A stretch of DNA of 64,000 nt from NCBI GenBank assembly GCA_020722765.1, contig DYKD01000004.1:10250-74249 (forward strand). The letters run 5' to 3'. Both the position numbers and the translations under genes were made by a program. Below are positions 56,769-64,000 of this stretch, in pieces. The first letter of the stretch is position 1; each line of letters starts with the position of its first letter. Below the pieces are notes generated by a model that ran no database searches, had not been told where the DNA came from, and worked only from the letters and a program-made list of their open reading frames with translations. Origin of the DNA: Brevinema andersonii (GTDB lineage: Bacteria; Spirochaetota; DYKD01).

Positions 56769-57035
56769 TCAATCAACCCAAATAAAATAATAACCCTCAC
56801 ATCCTTCGGTCAATGAATCGGGCGAACTAGGATGTAGTGTACAAGCGAGGGGTCTATTAGGTTGATCGAAGATTGTGCAAGTTGCGGTGCCATCCTCTTC
56901 GATTTTAAGGTGCTTGCACACTACACCCTCTATTCTACTTACTTGAGTGCCTTTTAGGGCAGGTGCCTTGAGTAGGTTAGCTAAATGACAACACCGCCCA
57001 CATCTCTTACACTCACCCGAGCGAACCCAGGGCAC
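56769..57035 (-). CDS. YkgJ-like CxxCxxCC Fe-S/zinc protein
   Basis: CKRCGRCC...C.HL...C.I...RP..C..HP. Confidence 0.75.
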   Translation of the reverse strand: MPWVRSGECKRCGRCCHLANLLKAPALKGTQVSRIEGVVCKHLKIEEDGTATCTIFDQPNRPLACTLHPSSPDSLTEGCEGYYFIWVD

Positions 57036-57070
57036 TTTAATCCTTCCACCGTAAATACATTACTGTAAAT

Positions 57071-59488
57071 TTAAGCGCTCTCACTTTTATTCCACAACTT
57101 GTCCACATCCGCAAGATTTTGGATGTAAAAAGGTATAACTAGCTCTTGATGTAACAGATCATGACCAACGCTCACGTCAACTGGGAGGAAAAACCCAGAT
57201 TTTTTATCAATCGGCCTTCGGAGAATTGACCACATAACGGCTATCACTTTGGAAAGTTGGTCATTTGGCGCCTCAACAACAACCGCGTCATGTATTTGCA
57301 GGATAACCTTTGCGTTGGGTAGATGCTTCACAAACCACTGAGAGATTCGCCAGAGCGATAAATTTGTCCACATCGCGACACATGACTGAGGTCCAAAATT
57401 CAATGCTTCACGAACTACTCTAGCAACGTCTTGCTTATTGCCGAATCGTAGGTCAAAAAAGAAATGGCGTTCAAGGCCAAACCAATTGCGTATCACTCCT
57501 TTTTCGGTAGCACTCGCCTTAACTTCTTCCATATAGCGTTGAACTTTTGGAAAGGTCTTAAAGAACAAATCGTTTAAACGTTGCGCTTCAAATTCAGATA
57601 TACCCAACTGTCTCGCCAATAACGCGGTTGATGACCCATACACCTTTCCGAAAGCAATAAATTTTACTTGCTGCCGCATTTCGGGCGTTACATGCTCTCT
57701 ATCAACACCAAAAAAGAATGCTGCGTTATTAATATGGATGTCCACTGTAGGATCCAACCATTCATATTGACCTGAGAGAAATCCAAGCCAGCGTAACTCC
57801 GCCGCACTGAAATCACATTTAACGAGTGAGTAACCTGGTCTTGCGACGAAAAGCTCCAAGATAATGGATTTTCTAGGTAATGTTTGTAAAGCTGGGTCCG
57901 ATGCAGATAAACGTCCGGTCTTTTTTATATCAAAATTCGTGTGCACTCTATTGTTAACATCAACATAATGCTGAATGTTTTTGACGTAAGATGTGTGCAG
58001 CTTTTCTATTTTCTTTACTTCCAAAAGAGCTTTTATAAACGGGTATCGTTCCGCCATCGATTCCATTAATTCTTTACGAAAACTTGGTTTCCCCTTCTTT
58101 GTTCTACCAACGATTGGGATTCCAAGTTTAAGAAACACTTGAGCTAGTTGATCATTGGACCGGTGGTTGAATGCGTAACCTACTGCGTTATGCAAAATTT
58201 GTACCTTTGCATTGATTTCCTTCGTCAACTGATCGTCTACCAGGGAAAGCTTGGTTAAGTCTATACCTAAACCTGTTATTGACATTCCCGCGAGAGTCTT
58301 TAAAACGGGCACTAAATACTTGAATAAATTATTCTTTCTAGCTGGGTCTTCGAAATGTTTTTTCATTGCACTCCATACACGTACCGTATTTACTGCGTCA
58401 CAGGCCGAATATGGAATCCATTCATTAAGGTCAACCGAGTCATAATTCATGGTGTAAGGACCAATACCACTCAGGATACTCCCAAGAACGGGTAAACTTT
58501 TGGGCATATTCTCATCAATCAAGGTAAAGGCGTACATGACATCTACAACCACGTTTGGAGTATATCCATGCCTTTTCAAGAGAATATAGTCATACAACAG
58601 ATTAAATATACCACAACGCAAATTAAACTTTTGAAAAACAGGCAGCACATCCTCACGTGACGTAGAGTGCCCAATTCCGTTCAGGAGTTCCTCAGCGCCT
58701 AAACTTGTAGTGTAAAACTTGGTCGGACAATGGATTACATAGCCCTTGTCTTCATCACTTTCGAAAGAGAAGCTGATCATGAATAGTTCGGCTGTGTGAG
58801 GATTTGTACTTGTCGCTTCTGTGTCAATGAACATCAATTCATCACGATGTTCACTTAAAATTTTTTCGAGTTCGGGAATAGATCGTATGACCTCATACGT
58901 CCATGGCCTATATCTTGGTATTCCCTGCAAAAGATTGCGTGCGATCTCAATGTCATTAATTAACAGTGAAGCAAACGGCAAATCGCGTCGCAGCACAAAA
59001 GCGGGGTGTATTGAGGGAACTACTTGCAAATGCTGAATGCTCTCGCATTCCAAAACGTGAGAGCGCATCATCATAATTTGAACATCTGTATCAGGAAAGA
59101 AGGCGCGGGTAGGTTCTGCACCTAAAGCAAGAACGACTTTGGGATTCACTTTTCGTAATGAGTCCAATAAAGGACCACTAAAGAGAGCGACTTCACTTCG
59201 AGATGGAGCTCGATTGTTGGGAAGCTTGCACGGAATCAGGTTACCGACCCAGCACGCATCCCTATCAACGCCAGCAATTTCTAAACATTTATTTAAAACT
59301 TGGCCTGAAGGCCCAACAAAACACTGCCCAGCGAGAATTTCGTCCTCAGCTGGCGCGATACCAACAATCGCTAAGCCGCAAAAAGGCTTTGAAGGAAGTT
59401 GTGGAGGAACAACAGCGTTTGGTACGCTTTGCACTAGGAGCGATTGTAAATAAGCAAGATGTGGCAAGGAAGTACCTTCCCCATACAC
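57071..59488 (-). CDS. polA: Family A DNA polymerase with N-terminal UDG family 4-like domain and 3'-5' exonuclease
   Basis: UDG: IVGIAP..E, FVGPSG, HPAFVLR; exonuclease: IDTE, FNLLYD, YSACD; polymerase: TGRLS, DFSAAELR, R..VK..AFG.VYG, QIHD. Confidence 0.9.
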   Translation of the reverse strand: MYGEGTSLPHLAYLQSLLVQSVPNAVVPPQLPSKPFCGLAIVGIAPAEDEILAGQCFVGPSGQVLNKCLEIAGVDRDACWVGNLIPCKLPNNRAPSRSEVALFSGPLLDSLRKVNPKVVLALGAEPTRAFFPDTDVQIMMMRSHVLECESIQHLQVVPSIHPAFVLRRDLPFASLLINDIEIARNLLQGIPRYRPWTYEVIRSIPELEKILSEHRDELMFIDTEATSTNPHTAELFMISFSFESDEDKGYVIHCPTKFYTTSLGAEELLNGIGHSTSREDVLPVFQKFNLRCGIFNLLYDYILLKRHGYTPNVVVDVMYAFTLIDENMPKSLPVLGSILSGIGPYTMNYDSVDLNEWIPYSACDAVNTVRVWSAMKKHFEDPARKNNLFKYLVPVLKTLAGMSITGLGIDLTKLSLVDDQLTKEINAKVQILHNAVGYAFNHRSNDQLAQVFLKLGIPIVGRTKKGKPSFRKELMESMAERYPFIKALLEVKKIEKLHTSYVKNIQHYVDVNNRVHTNFDIKKTGRLSASDPALQTLPRKSIILELFVARPGYSLVKCDFSAAELRWLGFLSGQYEWLDPTVDIHINNAAFFFGVDREHVTPEMRQQVKFIAFGKVYGSSTALLARQLGISEFEAQRLNDLFFKTFPKVQRYMEEVKASATEKGVIRNWFGLERHFFFDLRFGNKQDVARVVREALNFGPQSCVAMWTNLSLWRISQWFVKHLPNAKVILQIHDAVVVEAPNDQLSKVIAVMWSILRRPIDKKSGFFLPVDVSVGHDLLHQELVIPFYIQNLADVDKLWNKSESA

Positions 59489-59491
59489 TGA

Positions 59492-60271
59492 TTAGAAACT
59501 TTCCTTTAGAATTTGCAAACCCTCAATGAACTTACGCTCATCAATTTTATCTTTTTCGAAATCTAGGTAGTCATGTGGCCCTTTTCCAATCGAGTACTTA
59601 GATACCCATGACGTGTCCAAAGAACTTACTAAGCCTGCTAAGCCTTTTAGTTCTCTAGGGTCAGGGAGACCTAACAAATGCACCTCCTTACGCCTCACAA
59701 ACCGCTTAACAGCTTTCAACAACTCAACTCGATTAGGACACGCTACCCTAGGAAGTCCAATGATATCAAAGGGATACCCAAACGAACGAATGATATGAAA
59801 ACATTTCATTCGTTCTCTATTATCTTGCCCCTGCAACACGATCATAAATTTAATATTGTACTTCCCACGATCAAAATATTTTGCGGGCAATCCTTCATAG
59901 AAACGCCGGGTAAGTCTAATGGTTTTTCCCAAATCATTAAGAGCGTCAGGCACAACAACAACGCTCGGTTGCAACTCTATGATTAACCCAATGTATGAAT
60001 CTAAGTTAATAGATTCCCGTAACTCGTAAGCTGAATTATCGAGATATAACTCGATGTTCTTATCCATACACTGGTAAACAAAATTTCGGTATTCCCAATC
60101 GTGCATCAAGTGCGACAACACGAAAAAGTAGTCACAAAACTGGATGCTCCAGCTAAGATTGCTTTTTGGTACTTCAAGCGCAATTTTCGGTAGGTTTTGC
60201 ATGACGGCCCAATGCCTCCAAGATAAACGCGCCTGCGTCCAGTTCGGGCAAGCGGCTAAATTCTTGAACAT
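59492..60271 (-). CDS. TGT-fold protein, candidate DpdA-like deazaguanine DNA transglycosylase
   Basis: LDNSAYE, PD, VLQG, HLLG, SLDTS motif order of TGT/DpdA barrels; folE, queD and queC in the same window. Confidence 0.6.
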   Translation of the reverse strand: MFKNLAACPNWTQARLSWRHWAVMQNLPKIALEVPKSNLSWSIQFCDYFFVLSHLMHDWEYRNFVYQCMDKNIELYLDNSAYELRESINLDSYIGLIIELQPSVVVVPDALNDLGKTIRLTRRFYEGLPAKYFDRGKYNIKFMIVLQGQDNRERMKCFHIIRSFGYPFDIIGLPRVACPNRVELLKAVKRFVRRKEVHLLGLPDPRELKGLAGLVSSLDTSWVSKYSIGKGPHDYLDFEKDKIDERKFIEGLQILKESF

Positions 60272-61046
60272 TCAAATCTCCAGGGTCTTTCCCTTGCGGC
60301 AATTGCTTAATACCGACAGTTCTAAAGGACCCCAAAGATTTGATTGAGCTCATTAACTCTTTTATTTTAACATCAGCATCAAAAGAAAGCACTACTTTTT
60401 TGCATGAAATACTTCTAATTATTTGCAATTGCTGTAATGAAATGAATTTCCCAAATATACAAATCCCCGTACTTGGCGCAGACTTAATAACATCAAATAC
60501 TCCCTCCATTATATAAAGCGTTTCAACTCCAGTACACACACTATCATAATTAAATACAAGCGAAGCTTTTACCACTTTATCACCGACAGCATAATTCAAA
60601 TACTTAGGTTTAATTAGATCACAAAGAAACCTCACTTGCAGGAACTTAACATCACCCTTGTATATTACTGGCACAACCACTGAAAGAGGTATATCAACAG
60701 TCCATCCCAAACTAAAATGTCTTATCGTTTTTTCAGGTACTTCTCGCGTGTTTAATAAATAATCCCAAACTGCAGACTCCATGATACCACTCGGAGGCCA
60801 CTTCAAAGGATACCACTTCAAACCTTTAGCTTTTGTTTCTTGCCCTACCTTGGGGATTAAAGTGAAAGAGGTCTTAACTAATTTTGGAAACCCATGACCT
60901 TTAAACTGACATCGATGACAATAATAAACGCTCTTGCTTGGGTTATAATACAAATGAAATTTAGTGTCCAAGCACATTGGACAATTAAAACGAATCTCAC
61001 CACTCGCGGTGTGTTTGTATTGTGTTTTCAAAGTCCACCTATACAA
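60174..61046 (-). CDS. DNA primase (zinc finger plus Toprim)
   Basis: CPMC..CHRC, KYLN, EGVFD, FDAD, KDP. Confidence 0.88.
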   Translation of the reverse strand: MYRWTLKTQYKHTASGEIRFNCPMCLDTKFHLYYNPSKSVYYCHRCQFKGHGFPKLVKTSFTLIPKVGQETKAKGLKWYPLKWPPSGIMESAVWDYLLNTREVPEKTIRHFSLGWTVDIPLSVVVPVIYKGDVKFLQVRFLCDLIKPKYLNYAVGDKVVKASLVFNYDSVCTGVETLYIMEGVFDVIKSAPSTGICIFGKFISLQQLQIIRSISCKKVVLSFDADVKIKELMSSIKSLGSFRTVGIKQLPQGKDPGDLNVQEFSRLPELDAGAFILEALGRHAKPTENCA

Positions 61047-61050
61047 TTAT

Positions 61051-62295
61051 TCAGAAACCATGAGCTTCCTTCCAAATAGATTTCGCGAAATCCACCTCAT
61101 ATAGAATTGAAATCTTCTTTTGGGTACGACGACTATCTGCGATATATAACCGCCTTAAATCTGGACGGCCGATAACTTCGTTAATGCTGACGACAAAATC
61201 AGAACTCCACGATTTACCATAGGACTCTGCGGCATTCTCTGACTCAATGAAGGGTTTCCTCTTACCTAATGCGTTGGATTGGGTAAGAAGTACTCCCGCC
61301 CAGTTGTTTTTGCCACAAATTCCACGAAGTTCAACCGCTGCGCTAATCAAACCAAATCTCGCGGTGTTATCGGCACCAACTACAGTACCTCTAAGCAAAT
61401 CAATGTAGTCGATGATGTACCCATCTACCTTCCTCCCAATTTTTTGCTCGATCTCTAAAATCTCGTTTTCAATCATAGACACTGTAGGCTGTCCAGAAGG
61501 GTATTCAACTACATAAACGTTCCCCTGCAGCTCGTTTCTCTTGGACATAATTATATCTCGAATTTCATCTCGATGTTCAGCGTATTGATCAAAATCAAAA
61601 TTGGCGATGGAGCTATCAACACGTTGCAGAAAAGCGGCACGAGAGATTTCCATAGTGAAATACACCACACATCGGTTATAGAACAGTGCTGCTCGAGCAA
61701 TCCACGCGGCGAATTGAGTTTTACCTGTTGATTTCAATCCAATGGTGAGCATCGTCTCACCAGGGTAGATACCACCTTTCAAAATTTTATCAAGCGTGTC
61801 GAAACCGGTTGGCATAGGATCTCCACGCAATGTTTCATCTCTTTGATCCCAACTCTCCCAAAACGACGCGATCGCCTTTTCTTTAACAGTTGAGGTGGCC
61901 CTGGCTTTCTGAAAGAGCTGGAAAATTTCTTCAAATTTTTCGTCCTGGTACAAAGAGACAGCGTCCATCAAAGCAGTTTTCAGGGCAGCGCCTTGTAGTA
62001 CGTGTTCAAGGTGGTACTCTAAAAATTGAGGAGACGAGACTGGTGGACAGCTTTGAACTAAGTCTAAAACGTGCTTGACGTGAGCTTCTGGTAGGTTGCT
62101 ATTGACTCGGATAAATTCGGACAACGATTCACGGGTAGGGATCTCGAGGAACTTCGTGTAATAACGTTGTGCCTCTTGCAGCAACAACTGGTTCTCTTTG
62201 GATGCTAGCCACTCCCAGCTCAGCCTAGAGAGAATGATGTGACCAAATCTCTCTTCAAAAATAGCACTTATAATCTCTTGTTCAATGACGGGCAC
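61051..62295 (-). CDS. dnaB: Replicative helicase, DnaB-like
   Basis: PTGF..LD..L.GG, GLKSTGKT, TMEI, IIDYIDL, TQSN, AES. Confidence 0.88.
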   Translation of the reverse strand: MPVIEQEIISAIFEERFGHIILSRLSWEWLASKENQLLLQEAQRYYTKFLEIPTRESLSEFIRVNSNLPEAHVKHVLDLVQSCPPVSSPQFLEYHLEHVLQGAALKTALMDAVSLYQDEKFEEIFQLFQKARATSTVKEKAIASFWESWDQRDETLRGDPMPTGFDTLDKILKGGIYPGETMLTIGLKSTGKTQFAAWIARAALFYNRCVVYFTMEISRAAFLQRVDSSIANFDFDQYAEHRDEIRDIIMSKRNELQGNVYVVEYPSGQPTVSMIENEILEIEQKIGRKVDGYIIDYIDLLRGTVVGADNTARFGLISAAVELRGICGKNNWAGVLLTQSNALGKRKPFIESENAAESYGKSWSSDFVVSINEVIGRPDLRRLYIADSRRTQKKISILYEVDFAKSIWKEAHGF

Positions 62296-62307
62296 GAGTT
62301 GGCATCC

Positions 62308-62685
62308 TCACTTCCTAGCATGTGACGCTAATATTTTCTTAGCAAGATTGCTAGGTTTACTTTGTGCTACTTTGATGTGCTTAATGCTTTGCCATTGGTA
62401 CTCAACTTCGTTGTGCAACCACTTTAAATTCAGCTCCCATGGCTGCGGAAACCTACCTAAAATCTGAGCGCACCAACGAACGAAGAATCGGAATGGAATT
62501 CCGATCTCCTTACAAAAATCTCGAGCGGGATATAAGGTTTGAGGAGATACATTAACAGGGCAAACGTGTTTTTGAAAATAGTCTTTCCACGCGTGCTTCA
62601 ATTCATAAATTAAAGCATTATCAGAAGTGTCTCCAACATCCCAACCGTTAAACTCGTCAAGTTCGAGAATTGGAGTCAGTTGCAT
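62308..62685 (-). CDS. Hypothetical protein
   Basis: 125-aa ORF upstream of the helicase. Confidence 0.6.
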   Translation of the reverse strand: MQLTPILELDEFNGWDVGDTSDNALIYELKHAWKDYFQKHVCPVNVSPQTLYPARDFCKEIGIPFRFFVRWCAQILGRFPQPWELNLKWLHNEVEYQWQSIKHIKVAQSKPSNLAKKILASHARK

Positions 62686-62691
62686 GTGTAT

Positions 62692-63198
62692 TTACAATTG
62701 GTGAGATTGTTCTTTCAAAACTTCAGCGCCGTAGAATTGTTCCGCAAATGATGGATCTTCCTTAATCAATTCCAAATATTTTCGCCGACACTCTTCACCA
62801 GAATCATAGAACTCGCAAGGGATTCCAAGCAATGTCAACACAACTTCACGATATGTGCACCATGGTACGTAAAAGGCGGCACTACCGTCTAAATACTCCA
62901 TTAAAAAGTAATCGACGTTGGGGTATGTCCTACAAGCTTCATGACGTCTCTCATAAGCAGAACACAACCCTTCAGCGGAGAGAAGAGTGCACGTAGCTAA
63001 GTTAAGTGTACTGATATCGATGCGCTTAGGGATCCACGGGTTAAGAAGAACCGCTGCGTCAGGTGTTAATTTTCGCCAATAACTCAAGTCGGTGCCAGCA
63101 CTATTAAGGCTTTTACAGCACCAACCTCCACAATTCTTACACTCTCGAACCAAAAACGCTTTAGCTTCCATCTGGCTGTATCCAAAAATCCCATTCAA
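62692..63198 (-). CDS. YkgJ-like CxxCxxxCC protein
   Basis: CKNCGGWCC...CTLL...C.AYE.R...CR.YP. Confidence 0.75.
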   Translation of the reverse strand: MNGIFGYSQMEAKAFLVRECKNCGGWCCKSLNSAGTDLSYWRKLTPDAAVLLNPWIPKRIDISTLNLATCTLLSAEGLCSAYERRHEACRTYPNVDYFLMEYLDGSAAFYVPWCTYREVVLTLLGIPCEFYDSGEECRRKYLELIKEDPSFAEQFYGAEVLKEQSHQL

Positions 63199-63472
63199 TT
63201 AAATTTTCACAAAGGAGTCCTTTTTTCATTTTCAAATCTGATATTGGCATCCCTAAGCAACGGACTCGATCATCACAAGTGCTGCACTTCTCACGATTAA
63301 ATCGTACAACAAATTTTAACTTACATCCAATACAAGTCTTGAACCAACAATTTAGCTCACGTCGTGTATAATCCGTAAAAGTTATAGAGTAACGCCAACC
63401 ACATCTAGTACATTCTGCCCAATAAATGGTGCACGTTTTCGCGGTTTGATCCTTCTCCGAATCAACAACCAC
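63161..63472 (-). CDS. Cys-rich zinc-binding hypothetical protein
   Basis: Three CxxC pairs. Confidence 0.6.
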   Translation of the reverse strand: MVVDSEKDQTAKTCTIYWAECTRCGWRYSITFTDYTRRELNCWFKTCIGCKLKFVVRFNREKCSTCDDRVRCLGMPISDLKMKKGLLCENLIEWDFWIQPDGS

Positions 63473-63500
63473 AGATTCCCTCTGACTGCTTTTTACAAAC

Positions 63501-64000
63501 TCAACTATCTACTGGGAAAAATTCGGGTAAAATGCGTGCGATACCTCTCTCATTAACGGTCAAATGAACGATCCAGAAACCCAGTGACGCAGATATTCTC
63601 CTACCGCGCATAAAAGGCGTTTGTCTTTGCATACATCCCGCTTGTATACAAAGGACATTTCTATAGTACAACATCTCGGCCTTATGATAGTGACCCATAA
63701 TCAACATATCAGGCCTATCTTGGTTCGCGAGCTCAGAGAGATATCTCTGTGGGCGGTACGATACTGCAAAGCACGAACGGTCTTCGCCGTGGAAAAGTCT
63801 CACGACCGCCTTATTGTTAGATTCAGGGTCCCCTAACGTGATATCTGCTTCCATGTGTCCCAAATATTCCAGATCTTTACGTTGCGCGCTGATCTTTCGT
63901 CCAGTGTTATTGCCAGCGCTCTTCCAAAAGGAACGGTCGTGATTCCCATCAATAAACATAGTCCTAATTTTTTCACGATACGGATAATGCTCAACACAAT
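63501..64000 (-). CDS. Calcineurin-like metallophosphoesterase (5' end outside window)
   Basis: GNHD, HG, GHYH; frame stays open to the window edge. Confidence 0.8.
   Translation of the reverse strand, partial: CVEHYPYREKIRTMFIDGNHDRSFWKSAGNNTGRKISAQRKDLEYLGHMEADITLGDPESNNKAVVRLFHGEDRSCFAVSYRPQRYLSELANQDRPDMLIMGHYHKAEMLYYRNVLCIQAGCMQRQTPFMRGRRISASLGFWIVHLTVNERGIARILPEFFPVDS

Noticed and set aside
281-63836. Many plus-strand ORFs in the track
   Set aside because: They lie antisense to well-supported minus-strand genes or introns and show no recognisable motifs; treated as shadow ORFs
1-64000. Stop-codon reassignment
   Set aside because: Long genes are intact in the standard code and end in TAA, TAG and TGA; the fragmented tail region is explained by introns
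1-64000. CRISPR array, tRNA genes, integrase, reverse transcriptase or DGR
   Set aside because: No regular repeat-spacer pattern, cloverleaf or diagnostic motif seen by eye; a tRNAscan run could still find something I missed

Overview
A 64-kb segment of a large tailed dsDNA phage with HK97-fold head and non-contractile-tail gene content. Every credible gene is on the minus strand. In transcription order (high to low coordinates) it holds: (1) replication genes (DnaB-like helicase, primase, UDG-fused family A polymerase, resolvase-like nuclease); (2) dispersed 7-deazaguanine genes (DpdA/TGT-like, queD, folE, intein-containing queC) with thyA-like, pyrE and dUTPase; (3) a glycan-modification cluster (two methyltransferases, GT2, GT4, sulfotransferase-GT fusion, lipoprotein); (4) SbcCD; (5) a sigma70-driven island with a candidate Y RNA, an HD hydrolase, Ro60 and a vWA protein; (6) UvsY-like, SSB and RecA; (7) terminase (intein in TerL) and portal, an unexpected nucleotidyltransferase plus DNA ligase/phosphoesterase pair, prohead protease, capsid, and neck genes with an embedded multi-domain glycosyltransferase; (8) a tail tube gene that I reconstruct as four exons split by three group I introns, including an 11-13 nt micro-exon; (9) two paralogous tail chaperones and a 4831-aa tape measure protein with lytic transglycosylase and zincin domains. 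All calls come from reading motifs by eye; no searches or folding programs were run.
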